From positions 53,357-117,356 of the forward strand of contig CAVWKE010000003.1 of the NCBI GenBank assembly GCA_963755555.1: a stretch of 64,000 nt of DNA. Direction: 5' to 3'. The DNA comes from Vulcanimicrobiota bacterium. GTDB lineage: Bacteria; Vulcanimicrobiota; Vulcanimicrobiia; Vulcanimicrobiales; Vulcanimicrobiaceae. A program made the position numbers and the translations under genes. How positions within the stretch are numbered: the stretch's first letter is position 1; each line of letters starts with the position of its first letter. This document shows, one piece after another, positions 18,601-27,564 of this stretch. The notes beneath the pieces are model-generated. The model was not told the origin of the DNA and did not search any database. It saw only the letters and a list, made by a program, of their open reading frames with translations.

Positions 18601-19265
18601 TCGAGAAAAAACTCCACACCCCGGGATTCCTGCCCGAAGGCGTCGAGCTGACGGCTCAGGGCGACACGCAGTACATGATGGAGACGCTGACCAACATGGG
18701 CATCGCGTTGATCACGTCGTTCATGCTCGTATACATGCTCATGGTGATCCTGTACGGATCGTTCGTCGAGCCCCTAATCGTCATGTTCTCGGTTCCGCTC
18801 GCGATCATCGGCGCGATCGTCGGACTCGCGCTGATGCACCGTATCGAACCCAACGGCGGACAGTCGCTCAACATCATCTCGATGATCGGCATCGTAATGC
18901 TCTTTGGGTTGGTCTCGAAAAACGGGATATTACTCGTCGACTACTCGAACACGCTCTGCCGGCGCGGCATGCGGGTGCGCGACGCCGTCCTGCAAGCCGC
19001 CGGGACGCGTTTCCGCCCGATTCTCATGACGACGTGCGCGATGATCTTCGGCATGCTTCCGCTGTCGCTCGGCTTTGCGGAAGGCGGCGAATGGCGGCAA
19101 GCGATGGGCACGGTCATCATCGGCGGCCTCGCGAGTTCGCTGATCCTCACGCTGTTTCTCGTCCCGATGATTTACAACACTTGGCTCGGCTGGTGGGAAC
19201 GCGTCAAGGACCATCGCGCCATCGAAGCCGAAATGTCGCAGCCGGTGGCGCCGGCGCGCGCGTAA
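15693..19265 (+). CDS. RND-superfamily (AcrB/HAE-type) efflux transporter with an enlarged TM6-TM7 linker
   Basis: MWLTRFSISRPVITAMVFIAL start. The TM4 proton-relay motif is GILVDDSIVVLENI. The C-terminal half includes LNIISMIGIVMLFGLVSKNGILLVDY. 1190 aa. No membrane-fusion or outer-membrane partner gene lies adjacent. Confidence 0.9.
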   Translation: MWLTRFSISRPVITAMVFIALAIFGTIAFSKIGRSNDPPGTAFPIVIVFANYPGASPQEMERLIVKPIEDQLANIDNLDQLTATAQEGSASIGVQFKLGTDLNIAAINVQSAVDTARVYLPTDLDPPSVEKNGASEPLLDIAVSSKTLSQTALADLVTNRVEPLLKAIPNVQTVDVYGASDREFHVEPIPAKLLGSGATLRDIFAAVAANNANLPGGILREPTQETSVSVHAEINNAQDLLNIPLPVPGMSSRAMKIGDVAGASDSHVEPTSISHYNGLPRLYVSLSRNINADEIKSTQIARERVKQIEGQFSELTFNEIDAPADYTQRSLNGVWQSLFEGILLTMIVMMLFLHLWRNAVVVMISIPTSILSTFVLMNAFGFHLDSMSLMGLSLIIGILVDDSIVVLENITRHRDLGEDPIDAAINGRSEIGGAAVAITMVDVVVFLPIAFLPGIVGMYLKEFGAVIVIATLFSLLVSFTLTPLLAAKWSVRERSPGRPKWLDAIRSWKFTAGMLAGAVAAYFIPWKVVGFPKEFSLVIPVMIVAVLILNVFVQNYDRILTWYKTRALTFALEHGLFVVFVCAVLVINSLTLAAGAGVATLLVNVIFLVLAAVWHLLGMLVRKTIARKRLALQWSRSPRSSRLGERAWTWIADAITNGARLLCQWFYATGRSRRLTAITFAIPLALGGLLFLLGPIDFDFVPAVQDGSISMTVTYPPGTPLMVTEKYVSQLENAILKVDGLQSVSSTVGRKPEGWGTAIGDNYARLNAQTVPERTKDTYKIIDEIRKLKYLVPGGEFQVAGESGGGSGTPIFYSLSGPEDAIGPAADKVAQFLRDTPGSVNVQTSNELAAPRLNVNVDATRAEVLGVAPADAAAVARFAVDGAVATKVRTDNGLVDVRVQFPLANRSTVDDLKAVRVRAADGTIVPLADIADFVWTKAPVQIQRLNRQRVVNVYGGVLPGYSLGAVTGPLEKKLHTPGFLPEGVELTAQGDTQYMMETLTNMGIALITSFMLVYMLMVILYGSFVEPLIVMFSVPLAIIGAIVGLALMHRIEPNGGQSLNIISMIGIVMLFGLVSKNGILLVDYSNTLCRRGMRVRDAVLQAAGTRFRPILMTTCAMIFGMLPLSLGFAEGGEWRQAMGTVIIGGLASSLILTLFLVPMIYNTWLGWWERVKDHRAIEAEMSQPVAPARA

Positions 19266-19340
19266 GAAACTGCTTAGAAGTCGGGCGACGCCGTTCGCTC
19301 GACCGGTTTGGGGGCGGGCAGGCTCGGGTACGAAGCGCGC

Positions 19341-20063
19341 ATGAATCGCTTGGCACTTTCCAGCATCCTCGCCCTCGTCGTCGCCGGTGGAATCGCCGTT
19401 CCGGCCGGCGCGCAGTCCGTCACGGTCATCGTCGACGGGCAAACGATGAGTTTCGATCAACCGCCGATCGTGCAGGCCGGACGGGTGTTCGTGCCGCTCC
19501 GCGGCGTGTTCGAACGTCTCGGGGCAAGCGTCGTGTACGCCGACGGTTTGATCAACGCAACCGGACGCGGCCGAACCGTATCGCTGCGAATCGGTTCGAC
19601 GCAAGCGACGGTCGACGGTCAGCCGACGACGTTGGACGTGGCGCCGTTTGTGGTCGGTGCGCGCACCTTAGTTCCCTTGCGATTCGTTGCCCAGTCTTTG
19701 GGCGCGAGCGTGGACTGGAACGACGGCACGAGCACGGTGACGATCGTGGGCGGTCGCGGGGCGCGCCCGATCCCGCCCGGACAGGGTCCCGTCGCGTTCT
19801 CGTATCGCTGGCCGACCGGAACGATTTACAATCACAACCCGCAAGTCCGCTTCCAGACGAATCGTCCGGTCCAGGCCGGCGGATTCAGCGTCTGGGTTGA
19901 CGGCCGCGACGTAACTCCCGGCGTACGCAGCAACGGCCAGTATTTCTTGGTGGCGGTACCGTGGTCGCTGCCGATGGGGAACCACCGCGTTCGCGTGAGC
20001 GGGCGCACCGTCGGCGGCGTTCCCTTCGACCTGAACTGGGCGTTCTATCAGGCGTCCTACTAG
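19341..20063 (+). CDS. Secreted protein with a copper-amine-oxidase N-terminal-like (stalk) domain
   Basis: Signal MNRLALSSILALVVAGGIAVPAGA. VIVDGQTMSFDQPPIVQAGRVFVPLRGVFERLGASV...TLVPLRFVAQSLGASVDWN is the typical repeat of that domain. Confidence 0.75.
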   Translation: MNRLALSSILALVVAGGIAVPAGAQSVTVIVDGQTMSFDQPPIVQAGRVFVPLRGVFERLGASVVYADGLINATGRGRTVSLRIGSTQATVDGQPTTLDVAPFVVGARTLVPLRFVAQSLGASVDWNDGTSTVTIVGGRGARPIPPGQGPVAFSYRWPTGTIYNHNPQVRFQTNRPVQAGGFSVWVDGRDVTPGVRSNGQYFLVAVPWSLPMGNHRVRVSGRTVGGVPFDLNWAFYQASY

Positions 20064-20118
20064 CGGATCTCTCACGCGAGAAGAGGGGACGGCGCGCGGC
20101 GGCCGCATTGGATAGCCG

Positions 20119-20877
20119 ATGAGCCGGCGAGCGTTGGTAACGGGGGCGGCCCGCGGTTTAGCGGCGGGAGTCGCAGCGGCTCTGCCCCTCGACGGATTCG
20201 ACTGCGTCGCGCTCACGTACCGAACCACGCGCCCCGACGAAACGATGGCGGCCGTCGAATCGGCGGGAGCGCGTGCCGTCGCCGTGCGGGTCGACTTTCT
20301 GGACGACGATACCGTCGTTGACGCCGCACTCGAAGGGGTCGTCCGCGAAGCGGGTCCGTTCGATACGCTCGTCCATGGCGTGGGACCGCTGGTGATCAAG
20401 CGCTTCGAGCGGCTGACCGGCGAAGACTACCGTACCGCCTTCGACGGCAACGTCCGCAGCGGCGTCGCGGCGGCGCGCGCGGTGCTGCCGGGCATGCAGG
20501 CCTTGCGTTTTGGCCGCATCGTGTTCTTCGCGATGCTCGGTTCCGGCGACACGCGGCCGTTTCGCGGCTTTGCGTTTTATCAAGCGGCCAAGAGCGCTCT
20601 GGTTGCTTTCGCGCGCTGCCTGGCTCTCGAACAGGCGCGATATGGAATCACCGTGAACGTCGTCGCGCCCGGCCACGTTCGCGATAAGTCGCTCTCCCGC
20701 GCGGAGGCGCTCGAGCGCTCGTCGCCTAGCCCGCGAGGACGCCCCGGTACGTCCGAGGACGTTGCCGATGCCGTGCGTTTTCTGATCGCGCGCGAGCGCG
20801 ACTTCATTACGGGCGCCGTTCTCGACGTCACCGGGGGGTTGACTCAAGCCGACGAGCGAAACGAGCCCGTTCCATGA
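20119..20877 (+). CDS. Short-chain dehydrogenase/reductase (SDR) family oxidoreductase
   Basis: ALVTGAARGLAAG is a TGxxxGxG-like motif. YQAAK is the YxxxK motif. Also VNVVAPGHV. Confidence 0.85.
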   Translation: MSRRALVTGAARGLAAGVAAALPLDGFDCVALTYRTTRPDETMAAVESAGARAVAVRVDFLDDDTVVDAALEGVVREAGPFDTLVHGVGPLVIKRFERLTGEDYRTAFDGNVRSGVAAARAVLPGMQALRFGRIVFFAMLGSGDTRPFRGFAFYQAAKSALVAFARCLALEQARYGITVNVVAPGHVRDKSLSRAEALERSSPSPRGRPGTSEDVADAVRFLIARERDFITGAVLDVTGGLTQADERNEPVP

Positions 20878-23435
20878 TTTTGGGCGACGAGCGAAACAAT
20901 CACCGCGCCTTTGCGCTGCCGGGGTCGCGTCCGCATTACGGTCCGGATAAGACCGTCGAGGTCGAGCTCATCGATCTGGACCTCAAACCGGATCTCGAAG
21001 CGGAGACGCTCGAGGGCGTCTGTACGACGACCGTCCGCGCGCTCGACGAGGACGTGGAACGGCTGGCGCTGGACGCGGTAGACCTCGAAGTCGGCGGCGT
21101 CGATCGTGACGGCGTCGCGCAACGATTTACGTGCCGCAACGGCAAACTGGAGATCGCGTTCGATCCCGCGCTTCGCCCGGGCGAGCGCACGACGTTTTCG
21201 GTGCGCTACCGCGTCTCAAAACCGCGGCACGGTCTTTTTTTCGTCAAGCCGACGGCCGCCCACCCGGAGAAGGTCGTACACGCCTGGACGCAGAGCCAAG
21301 ATGAAAACGCGCGGTTCTGGTTTCCGTGTTTGGATTACCCGCACGAGAAGCAGCGCACGTCCGCGACCATCACGGTTCCGAAGGGGACCTTCGCTCTGGG
21401 CAACGGCGAGCTGGTCGAGCGAAAGGACGTGGGGGACGCAACGGTTTTCAAGTATCGGCAGGAGATACCCCACAGCACCTATCTGACGACCATGGTCGCG
21501 GGACCGTTCGTCGAGGTTGCGCAAGGCGCGGTGGGTGAGAAGAACGTGCCGGTGTTTTACTACGTCCTGCCGGGCCGCGAAGCGGACGGCGAACGGGCTT
21601 TTGGCAAGACCGCGAAAATGCTCGAGACGTTCGAGGAGCGCACCGGCGCCCCGTATCCGTATGCGCGCTACTCGCAAATCGCCGTCGGCGATTTCATTTT
21701 CGGGGGCATGGAGAATACGTCGGCGACTACTCAGACGGATCGGACGCTGCACGACGCGATCGCCCATCTCGATTTTTCGAGCGATCCGTTGGTTTCGCAC
21801 GAGTTGGCGCACCAGTGGTTTGGCGATTTGCTGACCTGCCGCGACTGGTCGCACGCGTGGCTCAACGAGGGCTTCGCCACGTTCTTCGAGACGATTTGGC
21901 TCGAAGCGGACCTCGGCTACGACGAGTACCTCTACGGCGTCTTCGAGTGCGTGGCGGCGTACTTGGAAGAAGATGCGGATCGTTACCGGCGGCCGATCGT
22001 ATACAATCGCTACCGCGACCCGATCGAGATTTTCGACCGTCACCTCTATCAAAAGGGGGCTGCGGTGCTGCACATGCTGCGCGGAGAACTCGGGGACGCG
22101 CGGTTCTGGCGATCGATCCGTCACTACGTCGAACGAAACGCGCAGCGCAACGTCGAGACGATCGATTTCATTCGTGCGATTGAGGACGCTACCGGTAGAA
22201 ACTTGCGCGGATTTTTCGATCAGTGGGTCTTTCGCGGCGGACACCCCGAGCTCGAAGTGTCGGCGACCTGGGATGAAAAGCGCAAAGTTACGACCGTCGT
22301 CGTCGATCAAAAGCAGCCGATCGACGGCGATCATCCGGCCTACCGTTTCGAGCTGACGCTCGGTTTCGCGGCCCGAGCCGACCGCCCGCCCGCCGCCAAT
22401 GCAGGGGCCGGCCAGTTGGCAGGGGAGCGCCGCATTCGCACGGTCGTCGAGCGCGGCCGCGAAACTATCTCCGTTCCGCTCGAATTCGAACCAAGACTGA
22501 TTCGGTTCGACCCGGGTGCGTTCGTGCTGGCCGATGTAACGTACAAGCTCGGTTCGGAATATGCGGCGGCCGTGCTGCGCGGCGATCCCGACGTCGTCGC
22601 GCGCATTCGCGCGGCGCGCGAACTTGCCAAAGACGGCACGCACGCGGCGGTAGAGGCGCTGCGTGGAACCTTCGCCGACGATCCATTCTGGGGCGTTCCG
22701 GCGCAAGCGGCAGCCGCGATCGGTGCGACGCGCGCCCCTTGGGCGCGGCGCATACTCGTCGAGGCTCTTACCCATCGCCATCCGAAAGTCCGGCGCGCCG
22801 TCGCCGCGGCGCTGGGGAACTTTCGCGATGGCGTCGTGGCCGAGGCGCTCGTTCCGGTCGCCGCGCACGACGCGTCGTACTTCGTCCGCGCCGCGGCGCT
22901 CGAGTCGCTCGGCAAGACGCGCGACCCGCGCGCGTTCGACGTGCTGGCGGCAGCCGTCGAAGAACGCACCTGGAACGCCTCCGTTGAAGGCGGCGCGGTT
23001 CGCGGGCTCGCCGAGCTGGCGGAGTCGCGCGCCTTCCCGCTCGTGCTGGCCGCGGCGCGCCCCGAACGAGACGATGGATTGCGGCGTGCGGCGGCGGCCG
23101 CCATCGGGCGCATCGGACAGCTGGTCGAGGAAGATCGAACGCGGGCGGTTCGCGCGCTCGAGGATCTTCTCGACGATCCCGCTTTTCTCGTGCAAATCGC
23201 GGCGCTGCGGGCGGCCGAATCGCTCGGCGACGCGCGCCTGCTCTCCGCGTTGGATCGGCTGGCGCAGTCGGCGTTCGATGGCCGCACTCGGCGCGATGCG
23301 TTGGAAGCGGCCATTCGCGTACGCGAGGCGGCGAAAATTCCGGCGCAAGTGAGCGGTATGCGCAGCGACATCGATGGCTTACGTGAAGAACAGCAGAAAC
23401 TTCAGGAGAAGATCGAGGCGCTCTCGCGGTCTTAG
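20874..23435 (+). CDS. pepN: M1-family aminopeptidase N with a C-terminal HEAT-repeat region
   Basis: GGMENTS, HELAHQWFGDL...WLNEGFATF (HEXXH-18-E). The C-terminus has repeated VRRAVAAALG/FVRAAALESLG HEAT-like units. ATGA overlap with the SDR gene stop at 20874-20877. Confidence 0.9.
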   Translation: MILGDERNNHRAFALPGSRPHYGPDKTVEVELIDLDLKPDLEAETLEGVCTTTVRALDEDVERLALDAVDLEVGGVDRDGVAQRFTCRNGKLEIAFDPALRPGERTTFSVRYRVSKPRHGLFFVKPTAAHPEKVVHAWTQSQDENARFWFPCLDYPHEKQRTSATITVPKGTFALGNGELVERKDVGDATVFKYRQEIPHSTYLTTMVAGPFVEVAQGAVGEKNVPVFYYVLPGREADGERAFGKTAKMLETFEERTGAPYPYARYSQIAVGDFIFGGMENTSATTQTDRTLHDAIAHLDFSSDPLVSHELAHQWFGDLLTCRDWSHAWLNEGFATFFETIWLEADLGYDEYLYGVFECVAAYLEEDADRYRRPIVYNRYRDPIEIFDRHLYQKGAAVLHMLRGELGDARFWRSIRHYVERNAQRNVETIDFIRAIEDATGRNLRGFFDQWVFRGGHPELEVSATWDEKRKVTTVVVDQKQPIDGDHPAYRFELTLGFAARADRPPAANAGAGQLAGERRIRTVVERGRETISVPLEFEPRLIRFDPGAFVLADVTYKLGSEYAAAVLRGDPDVVARIRAARELAKDGTHAAVEALRGTFADDPFWGVPAQAAAAIGATRAPWARRILVEALTHRHPKVRRAVAAALGNFRDGVVAEALVPVAAHDASYFVRAAALESLGKTRDPRAFDVLAAAVEERTWNASVEGGAVRGLAELAESRAFPLVLAAARPERDDGLRRAAAAAIGRIGQLVEEDRTRAVRALEDLLDDPAFLVQIAALRAAESLGDARLLSALDRLAQSAFDGRTRRDALEAAIRVREAAKIPAQVSGMRSDIDGLREEQQKLQEKIEALSRS

Positions 23436-24768
23436 GCGGCGTTTTCTCGTCCTCGCCCTGCTGAGCGCCGCCGCGCTCTTTGCCGTCTGGGGATGGAGCC
23501 GCCCGAGGCCCACGCGGGTTGCAAAAGCGCCGGCAGCCGTGCGAACTCCGGCCGCTTCGCCGTCTCCTCCCACCGGTGGGCCTTGGAGCCGTGCCGAGAT
23601 CGCACGCCTGCACGCGTCGTTGCGCGGAGCGTTCGCACCGGCGCTCGCGGGAGCCGCGCGCTGGAGCTTCGCGGTCGTAGCGGCCGACGGCCAAGTCCTG
23701 TACGACGATCGCGCCGAAAACGCCGTTACGCCGGCGAGCGTTGCGAAGCTGATCGTGGCGGCGTCCGCGCTCGACGTCCTCGGTTCGGCTTTCCGCTACC
23801 ACACGATTTTTGCCGGCCGCAACTCGATCGGTTCCAACGGGTCGCTGGCGGGGAATCTTTGGCTGGCGGGTTCGGGCGACCCCTCGCTGACTACCGACGA
23901 TTTGCGCGCGGGAGTCGGCACGCTCGCGCGCGGCGGCCTGCGCTCGATTGGGGGCGGCGTCGCCGTCAACCCAACGGCGATGGACGGACCGCAGCGCAAT
24001 CCTCACTGGGACGCCGGCGACGCCGGTGAGGATTACGCCGCGCCGATCAATGCGCTTTCCATCGACGGCGACACGGTCGAATCGCACAAAATGGTCGGGG
24101 CGATCGAGGAGCATTTCTGGACGCCGGTGCGCGACGTTCCGCGATACGCGGCAACGGTTGTCGAACGCCTGCTGCGTCGATCCCGAATCTCGACGACCGC
24201 TGCGCCGGTCGTTTTGGCCGCGCCGCTCGACTCGATCGTGTTGTGGGATCATGCGTCCGCCCCACTGCGCGTCCTGGAACGCCACATGTTGGTCTTTTCC
24301 GACAATCACTACGCGGAGCAGCTGCTGCGGACGCTCGGCGGCGAAGGCAAAGGTCTCGCCAACGACGCCGGCGGCTTGGCGGTCGAGAACGCGTTTTTGA
24401 GCGAGCGCGGTATCCCGATTCCGGGCCTGCGCCTGCAGGATGGAAGCGGGCTCTCCGACGGCAACCGAATCGCCGCGATCACCCTCGCGCGCATCCTCTC
24501 CGACGCCGAGCTGCGCGGCGGCGACGGAGCGCTTTACGGGCTGCTGCCGCTGGGCGGCCGCCAAGGCACGCTCGCGGACTACGGCTTCACGACGGCGCTT
24601 GGCCGGGTGCGGGCGAAGAGCGGTCATCTCAGCGGCGTTTCGTCCTTAGCCGGCTATGCGAATACCGTCCGTCACGGACGCGTCGTCTTCGCCTTTCTCT
24701 TCAACGGCTCGCCCGGCGACCCGGACGCCGCAATCGTTCGCGCCATCGACCGGCTCGTCGAATTTTAG
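23374..24768 (+). CDS. dacB: D-alanyl-D-alanine carboxypeptidase/endopeptidase (PBP4, peptidase S13)
   Basis: PASVAKL (SxxK), FSDNHYAE (SxN) and AKSGHLSGVSSLAGY (KTG-like) motifs. The start is uncertain; the maximal ORF overlaps the pepN end by 62 nt. Confidence 0.8.
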   Translation: MAYVKNSRNFRRRSRRSRGLRRRFLVLALLSAAALFAVWGWSRPRPTRVAKAPAAVRTPAASPSPPTGGPWSRAEIARLHASLRGAFAPALAGAARWSFAVVAADGQVLYDDRAENAVTPASVAKLIVAASALDVLGSAFRYHTIFAGRNSIGSNGSLAGNLWLAGSGDPSLTTDDLRAGVGTLARGGLRSIGGGVAVNPTAMDGPQRNPHWDAGDAGEDYAAPINALSIDGDTVESHKMVGAIEEHFWTPVRDVPRYAATVVERLLRRSRISTTAAPVVLAAPLDSIVLWDHASAPLRVLERHMLVFSDNHYAEQLLRTLGGEGKGLANDAGGLAVENAFLSERGIPIPGLRLQDGSGLSDGNRIAAITLARILSDAELRGGDGALYGLLPLGGRQGTLADYGFTTALGRVRAKSGHLSGVSSLAGYANTVRHGRVVFAFLFNGSPGDPDAAIVRAIDRLVEF

Positions 24769-24781
24769 CCTCTTTTAAGCA

Positions 24782-26224
24782 GTGCTTAGCGGAGTTTTCC
24801 CCCTCGGCGACCTATCACCCGGGATGCTCGAGGAGTCCACGCTCACGCGCCTAATCGGCCGCGCGCTACGCCGCGGGGGCGACTTTGCCGACATCTTTTG
24901 CGAACGGCGCAGCGCCCAATCGTTTCGTCTTCAGGACGCACGGATTCATGAAGGCGCGTTCGGGGTGACGCTCGGTGTCGGAATCCGCGTCGTTTCCGGC
25001 GAGTCCGCCGGTTACGCTTATTCGGACGATTTGAGTTTCGATGCGTTGACCGAGGCGGCCGACGCGGCCTCGCTGATCGCGCGCGGCGCGGGTGCCGGCC
25101 AATCGCGCGGTCGCGAGCTGAAGCTGGCGGCGATACCGTCGTTCTACGGTTCGGACCGCAACGAACACGCCGATGCCGGCCGCTACGTCGCCCTGCTCGA
25201 ACGCGCCGACATTGCGGCCCGGCGATTCGATCCGCGAGTCGTGGCGGTCAACGCGCACGTAACCGACGAGCTGCAAGAAGTTTGGATTGCGAGCAGCGAT
25301 GGGCGCTTCGTTCACGATCGGCGACCCATGATCACGGTGGGCGTGCAGGTCGTCGCCAGCGACGCGCGCGAGCGCGGCTCCGGCTACTGCGCGGACGGAG
25401 GACGAACGTCGATCGCCTACTTCGACGCCCATCCGCCCGAGGAGCTGGCGCAGGACGCCGCTCGAATTGCAACGGTGAACGTTTCTGCCATTGCCGCACC
25501 GGCGGGTGAGATGGCCATGGTCGTGGGCGCCGGGGGCGGAGGCGTGCTGCTTCACGAGGCCGTGGGTCACGGCTTGGAAAGCGACTTCAACCGTCGGGGG
25601 ACGTCGCTCTACAGCGGACGGGTCGGGGAACTGGTGGCCAGCAAACTCGTCACAATTTTCGACGACGGAAATCTGCCCGAAGAGCGCGGCAGCATCAACG
25701 TCGACGACGAAGGCGTGCCGGGACAACACAAAGTCTTGGTGGAGAACGGCGTGCTGTGCGGCTACATGCAGGACGTGCTCAACGCGCGTCTTATGGGAAC
25801 GACGTCGACCGGCAGCGGACGGCGTCAATCGTTCCGGTTCCTTCCGCAGCCGCGTATGTGCAACACCTACATGCCCGACGGAGAGTCCAGCGTCGAAGAG
25901 ATTCTCGCATCGACGCAGCGCGGGATCTATGCCAAGTCGTTTGCGGGCGGGCAAGTCGAGATCAGTAAGGGCGATTTCGTCTTCATGGTCGGCGAGGGCT
26001 ATCTGATCGAGAACGGCAAGGTCACCGCACCCGTGAAGAATGCGACGATCGTCGGGAACGGCCCCGAGGCGATGACCAAGGTGACGGCCGTCGGCAACGA
26101 CAGCCGGCTGGCTCGCCGTCACTACACCTGCGGAAAGGGCGGCCAATACGTGCCGGTCGGCGTCGGCATGCCGACCGTCAAAATCGCTTCGATCACGGTC
26201 GGCGGCACCCAACATGATGGATGA
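24782..26224 (+). CDS. tldD: Metalloprotease TldD
   Basis: LLHEAVGHGLE metal site. GSGRRQSF...PRMCNTYM. Alternative start ATG at 24824. Confidence 0.9.
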   Translation: MLSGVFPLGDLSPGMLEESTLTRLIGRALRRGGDFADIFCERRSAQSFRLQDARIHEGAFGVTLGVGIRVVSGESAGYAYSDDLSFDALTEAADAASLIARGAGAGQSRGRELKLAAIPSFYGSDRNEHADAGRYVALLERADIAARRFDPRVVAVNAHVTDELQEVWIASSDGRFVHDRRPMITVGVQVVASDARERGSGYCADGGRTSIAYFDAHPPEELAQDAARIATVNVSAIAAPAGEMAMVVGAGGGGVLLHEAVGHGLESDFNRRGTSLYSGRVGELVASKLVTIFDDGNLPEERGSINVDDEGVPGQHKVLVENGVLCGYMQDVLNARLMGTTSTGSGRRQSFRFLPQPRMCNTYMPDGESSVEEILASTQRGIYAKSFAGGQVEISKGDFVFMVGEGYLIENGKVTAPVKNATIVGNGPEAMTKVTAVGNDSRLARRHYTCGKGGQYVPVGVGMPTVKIASITVGGTQHDG

Positions 26225-27548
26225 GGCGGCGGCCTTGGAAGCCGCCGCGCAGGCGGTCACCCTCGCCCGCGAAGCGCGCGCCGACGCGGCCGAAGCGACG
26301 ATTTCGATCGCTCGGCGATTTCACGCCGAAGCGCGCGAAAACGTGATTTCGAAGCTGGAGCAAGCCACCGCCAAATCTTTACATGCCCGCGTCTTCGTCG
26401 ACGGCCGCAAGGCGTCGCTCACGACGTCGGATCTCTCTCCCGCCGGCCTCAAGGCGGCGATCGAACGCACGATCGCGCAGGCGAAGGCGGTCGCGCCGGA
26501 CCAATTCGCCGGCTTGCCGGAAGCGTTTGCGACCGACCTGCCGCACCTCGAACTATTCGACGCTGGAGTCGAGGCGCGCGACGGGGACGAAAAAGTCGAG
26601 GAAACGCTCGCGCTCGAACGTCTGATTCGCCAGGCCGACGCGCGGATAGTCAACTCGAACGGTTCGCATTATACCGACGCGTCGTCGGTAACGGCGATCG
26701 CAAATTCGGCGGGTTTCGCGGCGGCGTATCGCTCCACGCGGGCGGCCCGCTCGACCGGCCCGGTTGCGGTCGACGGTTCGATCAAGCGCACGGCGCACTA
26801 CGGAACCGCGTCGCGGCACTTCGAAGGCCTGGAAAGCGCGGAGACGGTTGCCGGCACGGCCGCGCGGCGAGCCGTTGCGATGTTCGGCGCGAAAAAGCCC
26901 GCGACGATGCGCGTGCCCGTCATTTTCGAACGCGACGTCGCATCGAGCATTCTCGACGACGTATTTGCGGCCGTGTCGGCCGCAAACGTGGCCGCCGGAA
27001 ACTCGTGGCTGGTCGGGCGCACCGGCACGAAGATCGGAAGCTCCGCGGTGACGATCGTCGACGATGGCCGGCTCGTCGGGATGCTCGGCAGCTCTCCGTT
27101 CGACGGCGAAGGCGTTGCTACTCGCCGGACGACGCTGGTCGAACGGGGAGTGCTGCGAACGTTTCTCTACGACACGTATTACGCGCGGAAACTTGGGACC
27201 TCGAGCACGGGCAACTCCAGCGGCAGCGGCGTGGGCGCGAACAACCTCTATCTGGAACCCGGCCGGGTAACCCTGGACGAGCTGATCGCGTCGACGCCGG
27301 CCGGGGTCCTGGTCCTCGATACGATCGGCTTTGCGACCGAGCACGCCTCGGGCACCTACAGCCGCGGGGCGCGCGGCTTTTTCATTCGCGACGGCGAAAT
27401 CGCCTATCCGATCGACGAGTTTACCATTGCCGGCGACTACGTCGAGATGCTGTCGGCCATCGATGGGGTCGCGAGCGATCTTCGGTTCGACGGCAGCGTC
27501 GTTTCGCCGTCGTTCCGCGTTTCTGAAATGACGATCAGCGGAAATTAG
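26214..27548 (+). CDS. pmbA: Metalloprotease partner PmbA/TldE
   Basis: PmbA_TldD-family C-terminus: FDGEGVATRRTTLVERGVL, TGNSSGSG..NNLYLEPG, FIRDGEIAYPIDEFTIAG. It overlaps the tldD end by 11 nt. Confidence 0.85.
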   Translation: MMDEAAALEAAAQAVTLAREARADAAEATISIARRFHAEARENVISKLEQATAKSLHARVFVDGRKASLTTSDLSPAGLKAAIERTIAQAKAVAPDQFAGLPEAFATDLPHLELFDAGVEARDGDEKVEETLALERLIRQADARIVNSNGSHYTDASSVTAIANSAGFAAAYRSTRAARSTGPVAVDGSIKRTAHYGTASRHFEGLESAETVAGTAARRAVAMFGAKKPATMRVPVIFERDVASSILDDVFAAVSAANVAAGNSWLVGRTGTKIGSSAVTIVDDGRLVGMLGSSPFDGEGVATRRTTLVERGVLRTFLYDTYYARKLGTSSTGNSSGSGVGANNLYLEPGRVTLDELIASTPAGVLVLDTIGFATEHASGTYSRGARGFFIRDGEIAYPIDEFTIAGDYVEMLSAIDGVASDLRFDGSVVSPSFRVSEMTISGN

Positions 27549-27564
27549 CAGGGAGAATCAACGC

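Noticed and set aside
21216-24627. 710-aa and 619-aa minus-strand ORFs (21216..23348 and 22768..24627) opposite pepN and dacB
   Set aside because: Both are antisense to genes with clear catalytic motifs (HEXXH-E; SxxK/SxN/KSG). Their translations are low-complexity and Arg-rich. They are GC-driven artefacts.
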